From an uncultured Pseudomonadales bacterium (GTDB lineage Bacteria > Patescibacteriota > Microgenomatia > UBA1400 > MFAQ01), in assembly GCA_964357975.1 (NCBI GenBank), contig CAYHNG010000003.1:393-64392 (forward strand): a stretch of DNA of 64,000 nt, read 5' to 3'. The position numbers were made by a program, and so were the translations under genes. Each line of letters starts with the position of its first letter. The stretch's first letter is position 1. The notes below the pieces were generated by a model. It saw only the letters and a list, made by a program, of their open reading frames with translations, made no database searches and was not told the origin of the DNA. Shown one piece after another: positions 1-8,601 of the stretch.

Positions 1-217
1 TGGACTGAGTTGAAAGAACTCCGATTTCTTCAAGATGCTCTTTAAATAGCCTCAAGACATCCATGAGAACATTTTTCCTTCCTTTTACCCCTAAGGATGC
101 CCAACTCTCTTGAACAGAGTGTGCTTCCCCAACTTTTTGATGAATATCTTCTGGTGAAGAAATATTGGTTTCGCCGATAATACTATTTGTCGCTGGATTT
201 ATGCTTATTATATTCAT
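1..217 (-). CDS. Aldehyde dehydrogenase family protein, N-terminal part (runs off window edge; not in ORF track)
   Basis: Manual translation MNIISINPATNSIIGETNISSPEDIHQKVGEAHSVQESWASLGVKGR resembles the ALDH N-terminus (SINPAT...W). TATAAT lies 8 nt upstream of the ATG. Confidence 0.75.
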   Translation of the reverse strand, partial: MNIISINPATNSIIGETNISSPEDIHQKVGEAHSVQESWASLGVKGRKNVLMDVLRLFKEHLEEIGVLSTQS

Positions 218-520
218 TACTAACAATTATACACAACAAACTATATTTCTTGTGCCTGCAAATCAGGCACTTTGGCCGACAGGGCAACACTCTAGGATAT
301 TGACACCATGTGGGCGGATTGGCTGGCGGTTTTGAATGAAAGAGGTTTCTCTATCCACGACTTCGACTACTTTGTCGTAAATAATTTCGGATCAAAGATC
401 AAAAGAAGAATGAGACATTGTTTCCAATGCATATTTTTGGAATAGAACACTGCATTTGCGATATATCTATCGAGGAAACGGACAAGACACACATCATTAT
501 CTTGTGCTGAAGTGGTTTCA

Positions 521-1525
521 TTAAGGTGTGACTGTTTCGGGGAATATATAGTCAGCAGCTATTTTTGCTACGTTTCTCGAAGAACCTTTACCTGGTAACA
601 TGTGGAGAGAGAATCCAGGATTCGAATTTACTTCAAGAATAGTGTACATGTCTTTTGTTTGTTCCTTAGTGATGTCTTTGCTTAACATATCAAAGCCGAT
701 ATATGGCATGCCTTTAAATATTGAGATTATATCTCGTGCTATTTGTCTCACTGATGAGTGAATCACATCAGTGGCGTCCTCACACATTCCCCCTTTGGCT
801 ACATTGGTTGTTTTCCTTAAATATACTTTTTCTCCCATTTTAGGAACGTATTTTAAATCTGTATTCTGTTTAGTCAAAGTATTTTTTACAACTTCATCAA
901 TAACTATCGGAGACAAACATGTTGTTCTGGGCGACATTCTCCTTTCGGATTCAATTTTTGCCAATTTAAGAATGCTGTTTGCCCCATCACCAATTACACT
1001 CGCTGGGTCACGATGAACAATCGCCAGATCGCCCTTTGAGGTAATAAACACCCGATATTCTTTACCCTCAAAATGTTTCTCAATAATGAACGGGGTTGAA
1101 TCTCCACAATACTTTACAAAATCTGCGACTGCATCTCCGAGTTCCCTTTCAGAATTAAGATCAGAATAGACAAAATCACCATGTGATCCCATATTTGGCT
1201 TAACCACCACAGGGAATCCAATTTTTAGCGCATAATTAACCGCTTGTGACTTTTGATCAGGATAAAATAATTCTCCTTCGGGAACACTGATATCATTTTT
1301 ATTAAGAAAATACTTTGTCAGTCGTTTATCAGCACAGATATTCACGATGGTAAAGGGAATAATTGAAGAAAATCTATCTGCGATGAGTTCAGTATGATCG
1401 CCATAACGAGCTTCCAATAATTCCATATTCTCATCTATTAGAGAGACTTTAACTTTTCGTTTTAACAGCTCCCGAACCAATAAAGCCTGATTCGTATGTA
1501 ACAGCACCTTTTTATTTTCGATCAT
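521..1525 (-). CDS. Stand-alone ATP-grasp ligase, cyanophycin-synthetase/GshAB-like
   Basis: Motifs DKRLTK, PVVVKPNMGSHG, IIEKH, EYRVF, RDPASVIGDG, GFDML, LEVNSNPG. Confidence 0.85.
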   Translation of the reverse strand: MIENKKVLLHTNQALLVRELLKRKVKVSLIDENMELLEARYGDHTELIADRFSSIIPFTIVNICADKRLTKYFLNKNDISVPEGELFYPDQKSQAVNYALKIGFPVVVKPNMGSHGDFVYSDLNSERELGDAVADFVKYCGDSTPFIIEKHFEGKEYRVFITSKGDLAIVHRDPASVIGDGANSILKLAKIESERRMSPRTTCLSPIVIDEVVKNTLTKQNTDLKYVPKMGEKVYLRKTTNVAKGGMCEDATDVIHSSVRQIARDIISIFKGMPYIGFDMLSKDITKEQTKDMYTILEVNSNPGFSLHMLPGKGSSRNVAKIAADYIFPETVTP

Positions 1526-1545
1526 GGTTAAACTTAGAAAATACT

Positions 1546-1725
1546 CTATTCTCCGCCAGTTGGTGTTTCTCCAGGAGCTCGTCTTACTTCTGAGGTTCTA
1601 GGTGTTTCACTTCCCTTTCTTCTTAGCGCTGGACTATGTTCCGGTGTCAGTGTAATCCTGTGGACTTCTTTAGCAAGTCCACCTGTCGGCGTTTCTGTTA
1701 TTCCGATCTTTTTAACTTCTATCAT
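1546..1725 (-). CDS. 59-aa peptide, candidate precursor/carrier peptide (below ORF-track cutoff)
   Basis: ATG..TAG ORF MIEVKKIGITETPTGGLAKEVHRITLTPEHSPALRRKGSETPRTSEVRRAPGETPTGGE fills the gap between the methyltransferase and ATP-grasp genes. Its two ETPTGG copies differ only at synonymous positions. Confidence 0.8.
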   Translation of the reverse strand: MIEVKKIGITETPTGGLAKEVHRITLTPEHSPALRRKGSETPRTSEVRRAPGETPTGGE

Positions 1726-1776
1726 AAATTACTTATAGTAGTAATGAGCTTATACTATCAAAACCAGACTGGAAAA

Positions 1777-2469
1777 TCAACGATGCTTGAAAATTACCAC
1801 CCTGTGCCCAATGACCTTGTTTTGAATTTTCTCGCCAACTTTTGACCCCCAGATATCGCCAATCACCTTCTGGGCTTCTATCTGATTGTTAAATTGAAAA
1901 TGGGTATTTATTCTCTTTACCACTTTAAAACCATGCCCTTCAAGCCATTCGTTATACCTTCTCGTCTTATTTCCTGAATCACTAACTCTACCTCTAATTT
2001 CCTCGAATTCGCCTCCAAAATCGTTTTCGATCAAATAAAAGCCGTTGTTGCGCTTTTTTAAAAGTTTTAACGTTTCTGATATTATCCTTTCTCTTTTCTC
2101 GATGTTCTGAATTGTTCCCAAAACCCAACAGCAATAAATTAAATCGACTGATCCTTCATCCAATAGTGACTTGTCTGCCGAAGAACAAATCAGATTAACA
2201 TTTTTGTATTTTTTTGTTTTACGAGCGGCCTCGTGAATCTGATTTGGGGATAGATCAATGCCGGTTATTTTTTTTGCGTATGGTGCGAATAAATTCAAAT
2301 ATTTTCCGTTACCACAACCCAAATCAAGTATTATTTTATTTTCAACTTTTGGTTTAAGATAGGTGAAAATTTTCCCCGGAAAGTCTTCAGCGTCACTAAA
2401 CTCCTTGTAAATTGCTGCTTCCGAGTAATAACTTTTTGATTTGTCGTATAAACCGGGTTTTGTCATCAT
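1777..2469 (-). CDS. Class I SAM-dependent methyltransferase
   Basis: ILDLGCGNG motif I, GIDLS, SVDLI; 4-nt overlap with the upstream gene. Confidence 0.85.
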   Translation of the reverse strand: MMTKPGLYDKSKSYYSEAAIYKEFSDAEDFPGKIFTYLKPKVENKIILDLGCGNGKYLNLFAPYAKKITGIDLSPNQIHEAARKTKKYKNVNLICSSADKSLLDEGSVDLIYCCWVLGTIQNIEKRERIISETLKLLKKRNNGFYLIENDFGGEFEEIRGRVSDSGNKTRRYNEWLEGHGFKVVKRINTHFQFNNQIEAQKVIGDIWGSKVGEKIQNKVIGHRVVIFKHR

Positions 2470-4358
2470 TTTTTAACATAATAGGCTACACTGTCTCTAC
2501 CCGAGATAGCACTGGGGAAGTCAATTTCTCGATACGAATATCCTTTAAGATTGTCGAAGACCTTAAGTCTAATTTGTTTATCATCGATTAAGCTTCTCTT
2601 CACACTTTCAACATTGTTTGTCATGTAAATATAGGCAATAAATACAGTACCGTTACTTTCTAAGTTTCCCAACAATGGTTTGACGCAATTATCTTTGAAT
2701 TTATATAGATAATCATGATCGGAAGATGATAAATTCAAGTTGTCGGCAATATTTGATAAACAAATATAGTCGTATTTATTTTCACGAAAGATCTGACTAT
2801 TTATTAGTTCGTCTAAAGATCCGGTGAACCATGATATCTCTTTGTGTTTTATTGCTTCTTTTGCTTTAAGATAATTCCCTTTACTTTGAAGATATGGATT
2901 ATATTGAATCTTTTTTTCCGGATCGTCGAACTTGTTATTAAATAATTTTGATTCACGAAAAGCCGCACCATCGTCATGGAAGTATAAATATGCACGATCA
3001 AAAAAATACTTTGTCGAAGGTGACAGCTGTTCTTTAATTTTTTGATAGGTTTTTTTTGACAAAATATTACTACCATCTCTAGAAAAGAAGTTCACGAATT
3101 CATCAAATGTTAAAGCTCCCAACGCTTTTAATTTAAGTTCCGCATAAAATTTCGCAAACAAATTTATGTCAAAATTGTAAACATCTTTAGCACCACCTAG
3201 ATAGGCATTAATCATTTGGTCTCCCGATCCACCGACAGTCAAAACTTTCTTACCTCTAAAATCAAATTGAGAAAAATAGCCACCTAAGTTTTCGGTTGTA
3301 AAAGAATATAGCGGTGAGTGTCGTGAATATTTTGTGCTTTCAGATAAATCTTCTTTTAAGTTATTCTCAAAATAATTAATTATTTCTTTAATCTCTTTAA
3401 CTTGGTCAACTGACTGGATCGGGCAACCGGATATTCCATATTCAGAAACAGTTTCTTTAAAATTTAAATAATCGACGACACTTTCAGAATATATTTGATC
3501 AAGACCACTGTTGTGTAAAGTTTTACCTCCAACAAATTCCGGGATCTTTTCTGTAATCCATGTACAGGGTGAGACTCGTCCTTCTGAGTCGATAGACAGA
3601 AATTTCGTTCCGCCTGGACATACACCAATATTCTTATCCGTATCTGATTTTGCAAAGCTATAACTTACTTTTATTTCTGGATATTTAGATTCATTATTGT
3701 TAAGAATACCCTTGATTTTTTCGATGCTATATGTGGTCACCATTGAATTATCACCCCGCATTCTTCCGACAGGTTCCATTCGAGAAAAAATAATTTCTTT
3801 AGCTCCAAGTCGGTATGCAAAGGCAACAATTTGCTCAAGATATTTTTGATTTCCTTCAAATATTACGCAACCCAACCTAACATATAAATTCTGCCTCACA
3901 AGCTCACTAATTCCATTTACAGTTGGTTCAAAAGTATTTTTGCCTCTTACAGACTCATGTGTTTCTCGATTGTGACCATCCAAACTAACATGCACCATGC
4001 TTACACCACTTTTTTTCAACGCAATAGCTTTTTCTCGATTAATCAGAGAGGCATTTGTGGAAATATCAATATCAAAACCCAGACTAGAGGCATACTCTAT
4101 TATCTCGATAAGATCTAATCGAGTAAATGGTTCACCGCCAGTAATCTTTAAGTATTTAAAGTCGTGTTTTTTAAGATCATCTAATATGAGCTTTATTTGA
4201 TCCGTATTGAGTTCGTTAGGCAACCGTTTTTTATCACAACTGAAAATGCAATATTTACAACTATAATTGCATAGATTTGTTATTTCCCAGATAACCCTAC
4301 CGCCCATTGAAGGAATTCGAAAAAGGCAGAATGGATACTTTTTTGTAAACTTTATCAT
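2466..4358 (-). CDS. Radical SAM (SPASM/twitch-type) protein fused to a DUF3419/BtaA-like SAM-binding domain
   Basis: CNYSCKYC, ITGGEP, ISTNA, VSLDG, CPGG...VSPC; C-terminal half FTTENL...KVLTVGGSGDQ...FDIN...LSNI. Confidence 0.8.
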   Translation of the reverse strand: MIKFTKKYPFCLFRIPSMGGRVIWEITNLCNYSCKYCIFSCDKKRLPNELNTDQIKLILDDLKKHDFKYLKITGGEPFTRLDLIEIIEYASSLGFDIDISTNASLINREKAIALKKSGVSMVHVSLDGHNRETHESVRGKNTFEPTVNGISELVRQNLYVRLGCVIFEGNQKYLEQIVAFAYRLGAKEIIFSRMEPVGRMRGDNSMVTTYSIEKIKGILNNNESKYPEIKVSYSFAKSDTDKNIGVCPGGTKFLSIDSEGRVSPCTWITEKIPEFVGGKTLHNSGLDQIYSESVVDYLNFKETVSEYGISGCPIQSVDQVKEIKEIINYFENNLKEDLSESTKYSRHSPLYSFTTENLGGYFSQFDFRGKKVLTVGGSGDQMINAYLGGAKDVYNFDINLFAKFYAELKLKALGALTFDEFVNFFSRDGSNILSKKTYQKIKEQLSPSTKYFFDRAYLYFHDDGAAFRESKLFNNKFDDPEKKIQYNPYLQSKGNYLKAKEAIKHKEISWFTGSLDELINSQIFRENKYDYICLSNIADNLNLSSSDHDYLYKFKDNCVKPLLGNLESNGTVFIAYIYMTNNVESVKRSLIDDKQIRLKVFDNLKGYSYREIDFPSAISGRDSVAYYVKK

Positions 4359-5041
4359 CTTGGTAGCGAATTGATTATTTCATGAAAGAGGGATTTATAG
4401 GAATCAATCTCTGGAGAACAACTTGTATCAAATACAAACAGTCTTCCCCTGTTGTATTTTTTTTGCCATTTTTTTATTAAATTTGTTTTTCGCTTTGTAT
4501 TTAACTGAAATTTGATCCGTTTATGAAGCTGGCTCAATGGCAGGTCGGTATCCATTAGTCTGTTACTTTGGGTGGATTCACTACATTTGAGTAGAACAAC
4601 ATTGCCGTTAACGAGATCTAACCATCCGTCTTCTGCCAACATAGCCCATTCAACTACGATAATCCCTTTCGAATTATTAATTTTCGATGTCAAAATATCT
4701 CTTATAAATGGATTAACAATATCTTTGTATGTTTCCATCTTTTTTTCGGAGGAAAAAATTGTTTCACCCAGCTCTAATCCTGAAATTGCATAGTATGGAC
4801 TATTTTGAATTAAGGAAAGATTTAGTTTTTCTACAAGAGTCTGACGCAACTTTATAAATGTTAGATCCTTTGAAGATGTTAGAATTTCTCTTCTAATTTC
4901 ATCAACTTGAACTAAAGAAATTTTTATGTTTTCTTTTTTGGCAATCTGTTTAAAAGTATCTAGGGCGTAGCTCTTCCCACTGGCAATGTTACCAGTAACT
5001 CCAAAGACTTCTTTTATGCTATTTTTACCAATTGAGTCCAT
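4355..5041 (-). CDS. Dephospho-CoA kinase (CoaE)-like P-loop kinase
   Basis: GVTGNIASGKS Walker A, VDEIRR, LGETIF, VEWAMLAE. Confidence 0.7.
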   Translation of the reverse strand: MDSIGKNSIKEVFGVTGNIASGKSYALDTFKQIAKKENIKISLVQVDEIRREILTSSKDLTFIKLRQTLVEKLNLSLIQNSPYYAISGLELGETIFSSEKKMETYKDIVNPFIRDILTSKINNSKGIIVVEWAMLAEDGWLDLVNGNVVLLKCSESTQSNRLMDTDLPLSQLHKRIKFQLNTKRKTNLIKKWQKKYNRGRLFVFDTSCSPEIDSYKSLFHEIINSLPR

Positions 5042-6392
5042 ATTTCATTGGGCATAGAGAAACCACCTTCCCCGAATTAATACTATTTAATTTGTCAATA
5101 TCTAATTGTGACTCTACGAGAAAATAATTTTCATTTATCAACTGTTTTAATAATTCTGTAACCTTATTCTGAATATACGTTTGCGACAACTTAGATAAAT
5201 TTACATTTTGATGATTATTGTGAATATATTGAAAATTATTTCGATCATCATATGGATGTTCTTTTTGTAATTTACTTCCTAAACGTAATGCAAGATAGTG
5301 GATTCTTATTTCATCAGTTTGGGTATCTCGAATCAAGCCTAAGGTATCATCTAATGCCCCTTCTGTTATGTTTGGTAAATCAATAATCCAACTAGTTCTA
5401 ATTCTGAATCCGATTTCTTTAGTTTTATTAATGACATCTCTAATCTGTTCCTGAGTAATGTTTTTATTAATTTTTCTTAGAATATTATCATTTCCTGACT
5501 CGACACCGTAATGAATCCAACGGAATCCGGCCTGGTACATTAGCTTCATTGTTTCTTCATCAAATAGAGAAATAGAGCCTAGACATCCAAGTTTTGTTTT
5601 TATCTTTTTTTTGATAATGAGTCTTGATATTTCTGCCATTCTTTCTTTACTTACCATTGCATTATCGTCTAAAAACAGAATTTTCTTAGCCTGATAGTTA
5701 TTTACCAAATCAGCTATTTCTTCAACTACTTTTTTCGGACTTCGACTCCGCCACCTGCCCCAAAAACCAGGTGTAGCACAAAAGATACAATTCATAATGC
5801 ATCCACGACTAGAAAGAATAGTCCTCACATCAATATATTTGCCTATATTAAGTAAACTCCTGTCAGGAGTTGGCAACGAATCAAAGTCCGCCATAACGTC
5901 ATTTTCATTTGAATGGATTGAGCCATCCTTCAAATATGAGAATCCTTTAATCGAATAAATATCAGATTTGTTTTCTAAAGCGTTTAAGAAATTTTTCAGA
6001 GGAAGTTCAACCTCATAAGAGATAGCGAAATCAATCGGAGATTTTTCATAAAGTAGTCTTTCCTTATCAAAAGTTGCTACTTTTCCACCAACTACGATAT
6101 AAGAACCATATTGCTTTGCAATTGAGGCAATCTGGAGTATATCAATGAGAGTCGCACTAGTATGAAGGGGAATGTGATAGTCAAATAGGATAACAACCAC
6201 ATCGGGGGAAAAACTTCTGATGATATTTTCACTTTCCTCTGGAGACATTTTTTCAACATCCATATCGAGAACTTTTACTTCGTTTTTTTGGTGCTTGATG
6301 TAAGTTGCCACAACCAAAAGATCAATCGGTTCGATTAATAGGTTTTTGCCTGTAAAAGGTGAGTTTGGGGGGTTGATAAATAAGATCTTCAT
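5025..6392 (-). CDS. Cobalamin-binding radical SAM protein (class B methylase-like)
   Basis: MKILFINPP B12-binding start, SSRGCIMNCIFC, FLDDN, GVESGN. Confidence 0.88.
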   Translation of the reverse strand: MKILFINPPNSPFTGKNLLIEPIDLLVVATYIKHQKNEVKVLDMDVEKMSPEESENIIRSFSPDVVVILFDYHIPLHTSATLIDILQIASIAKQYGSYIVVGGKVATFDKERLLYEKSPIDFAISYEVELPLKNFLNALENKSDIYSIKGFSYLKDGSIHSNENDVMADFDSLPTPDRSLLNIGKYIDVRTILSSRGCIMNCIFCATPGFWGRWRSRSPKKVVEEIADLVNNYQAKKILFLDDNAMVSKERMAEISRLIIKKKIKTKLGCLGSISLFDEETMKLMYQAGFRWIHYGVESGNDNILRKINKNITQEQIRDVINKTKEIGFRIRTSWIIDLPNITEGALDDTLGLIRDTQTDEIRIHYLALRLGSKLQKEHPYDDRNNFQYIHNNHQNVNLSKLSQTYIQNKVTELLKQLINENYFLVESQLDIDKLNSINSGKVVSLCPMKYGLNW

Positions 6393-6686
6393 TGTTCGTG
6401 TGTGGTAAACCCATTTATGATACCATAATCGGTTGATACTCTATAAGTCATTTTAGGTTCAGATCAAGGATTCGCAGAGCAACTATCCCGACTGCAGTCG
6501 GGATACATTATTAACCCGCCAAAAGCTATGCATTTTAGGCGGACAGGTCGCGCGCAAGTGGTTCCGCCGGCAGGTGGTGGCGAACCGCGAGACACGAAGT
6601 GTTGATGTGTACAGTGACCTGCCCGCAATCGCTGAAGCGATAGCTTCTGCAGGCGGGGCCAATATAGATTAGTAATGGTCCCAAAA

Positions 6687-6792
6687 ATAAGAGGTTCTCG
6701 TCAACTTTTTGATAACAATACTGTTATCAAAATATTTTTCCTGCGCTTCCTCTTTTTTCCGCTTGTAACTTCGTTACAATGCTTGGAAATAA
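6687..6792. repeat. ATAA-flanked structured dispersed repeat, copy A
   Basis: ATAAGAG...GCGCTTCCTCTT...GGAAATAA with two internal hairpins; homologous to copies at 36972 and 49378. Confidence 0.8.
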
Positions 6793-6837
6793 GTTCGAAT
6801 TTCGTTATAACAGGCACTGCCCGATCTAACAACTAAG

Positions 6838-7611
6838 TTATGATCCAGATAACTTCTTGGGCGGTAAGGGAATAAAAACACTTGTTTTCTTTTTGTACTC
6901 TGCCCAACCGGGTCGATCTATATATTTTTTCTCGAGGAGAGGAACCCCAGACACGAACAGAATTAAGATGGTTTTAGTGAGTGGCCCAATGATGGTAAAC
7001 AACGCGCCAGAGATGGATAAGGCAATTAAAAAGATGCCCCACCACTGAGTGACTTCTCCAAAATAATTGGGGTGACGTGAATAGCTCCAAAGGCCTTGAT
7101 CCATTAATTTACCTTTATTTGCCGGGTTAGATATAAATTCTTTAAGCTGTTTGTCTCCCGCACTTTCAAAGTAAAATCCTAAACCCCAAACAAAAAGACC
7201 AATAATTTCCAATATTCCAAAGATGTTTGAAACCGAGTGGTTAATGTAAATAACCGGAAGAGAAATTAATAAAAGAAACATGCCTTGAAGTAGAAAAACC
7301 TGCAAATAACTTCTTAGATAGAAATTTGTCCAGTTTTTTCTCCACTCGAGATATCTTGAATCCTCAGGTTTATTTTTGTTTCTATTGTAAATATGCCAAG
7401 CGAGTCTTAAACCCCAAATAGTTACTAGCGTGTTGACTAAAATGGCTTTGAAAGAAAAACCGGAAATGAAAAGGGACAACCAAGCTAAAAGAACAAAACC
7501 AAGACCCCAAGCGATATCAGCGACGTCGTTTCTTTTTTTGAATACAGAAACAATAAACCAGAAGGTCATGTAACCAAGAAGAGACAAGGCAAGTGTAAGG
7601 TAATAGTTCAT
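6838..7611 (-). CDS. DUF1295 / steroid 5-alpha-reductase-like membrane protein
   Basis: [29 protein letters not shown]. Start moved to MNYY (ATGA overlap with the upstream gene). Confidence 0.85.
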   Translation of the reverse strand: MNYYLTLALSLLGYMTFWFIVSVFKKRNDVADIAWGLGFVLLAWLSLFISGFSFKAILVNTLVTIWGLRLAWHIYNRNKNKPEDSRYLEWRKNWTNFYLRSYLQVFLLQGMFLLLISLPVIYINHSVSNIFGILEIIGLFVWGLGFYFESAGDKQLKEFISNPANKGKLMDQGLWSYSRHPNYFGEVTQWWGIFLIALSISGALFTIIGPLTKTILILFVSGVPLLEKKYIDRPGWAEYKKKTSVFIPLPPKKLSGS

Positions 7612-8006
7612 AGGCCAAATTTTAGGGCCAGGAAATAAGTGGCTGTCGAAACGGTAGCGGAAACAGCCATCCCCCAAATTAAATCCACAACGGTAATGAT
7701 AAGTGGCCAGTCTTTGACTGTAGCCAGATTGGTGAGGTCATATGTTGCATAAGTAACAAGACCAAAGAAAGCACCTGCCAATAGTGCCTGTGTCCACATC
7801 TTTTTATCGAGTGCCGGGGTAATGACAAAAAACACCAGACCGGCAATGAAAATGAGATAGAAAATAAAGGCAGCGAGCAGATTTGGGTTTTTGGTCATCA
7901 AGAACCCAATGTGTTTGGCGTAAAAGTTTTTGGCAATCAGGGTGAGCCAAATCATATCGATGCCCAAAAACACCGGAAGGGCGATGGCGTAAAGTTTCAA
8001 AAACAT
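7608..8006 (-). CDS. DUF2177 family membrane protein
   Basis: [22 protein letters not shown]. Confidence 0.85.
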   Translation of the reverse strand: MFLKLYAIALPVFLGIDMIWLTLIAKNFYAKHIGFLMTKNPNLLAAFIFYLIFIAGLVFFVITPALDKKMWTQALLAGAFFGLVTYATYDLTNLATVKDWPLIITVVDLIWGMAVSATVSTATYFLALKFGL

Positions 8007-8007
8007 A

Positions 8008-8406
8008 TTATTTATTTAGATACGTAATGGTTAACTGAAGGATACTGGCAAAAGAAACCCAGAGCAAATATGGAATTTGAATATAGGTAATCCACTTGGC
8101 ATGAGGATAAATGGCGACCATCAGCCAGATGAGAGTTCCTAAGACTAGGAGAATGTCCGTTGCCGCCAATAAATTGTTCTTTAACCCAAACTGCAAAGGA
8201 GTAAACGCAAAATTAAAAACAAGGTTAAGAATGAAAGGCAAGACAACAATAAAAGGGATCTCTTTTTTCCAGCCCATTAAAAAAACTTTTCCAAAAGAAA
8301 CGGTGATTAAGAGGTAAAGAAAAGACCACACCGGTCCAAAAAGCCAACCTGGAGGAGACCATGAGGGTTTAAGAAGGGTTGAGTACCAGTTGTAAGAATT
8401 GTTCAT
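8008..8406 (-). CDS. tspO: TspO/MBR family protein
   Basis: WYSTLLKPSWSPPGWLFGPVW, PYLLWVSFA; start MNNS lies 6 nt after TATGAT. Confidence 0.9.
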   Translation of the reverse strand: MNNSYNWYSTLLKPSWSPPGWLFGPVWSFLYLLITVSFGKVFLMGWKKEIPFIVVLPFILNLVFNFAFTPLQFGLKNNLLAATDILLVLGTLIWLMVAIYPHAKWITYIQIPYLLWVSFASILQLTITYLNK

Positions 8407-8495
8407 ATTTCTATCATACACAGAATTTACAAGCGGTAATTAGGATGGTCTCTGGCGGGGTGGTCTCCCGAAAGAAAATGGCTAACCTATAACAG

Positions 8496-8601
8496 TTGAT
8501 TATTTGCTTATTTCTGGTATAATGAGGCTATTATGATTACTTGCATCATCCTCCGCCGTGTTCAAAACAAGGCGGAAACTACTATCGCAGAACTTCTTTA
8601 G
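8496..8601 (+). promoter_or_regulatory. Promoter, short uORF and hairpin over the start codon of the Erm-like gene
   Basis: TTGATT-N16-TATAAT (8496-8523); uORF 8533-8601; hairpin TCCGCC..GGCGGA 8552-8576 covers GTG 8558. Confidence 0.45.

Noticed and set aside
308-445. 45-aa plus-strand ORF MWADWLAVLNERG...
   Set aside because: No recognisable motif or RBS and opposite to the cluster; may be a decayed fragment.
6540-6660. Cobalamin or ykkC riboswitch upstream of the B12-radical SAM gene
   Set aside because: Fragments (CCCCGCC, CACTGTA, GACCTG; GGTTCCGC, ACACG) occur, but the GGGAA/GGTG..AATCC core and correct order or strand are missing. Kept only as an unassigned structure.
6676-6800. tRNA 3'-end-like att scar (TTCGAAC...GGGACCA on minus strand after removing repeat A) at the island edge
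   Set aside because: Only T-loop and CCA similarity with imperfect spacing; no matching partner site in the window.
6687-6845. Integron attC sites (TAAC...GTTA cores)
   Set aside because: No integrase, no regular cassette array, and the repeats are dispersed with a different outer structure.
8522-8557. In-frame ATG...TGA upstream of the Erm-like gene suggesting UGA recoding or an MRLL leader
   Set aside because: The ATG lies inside the -10 box, and many clear genes here end in TGA, so the standard code applies.
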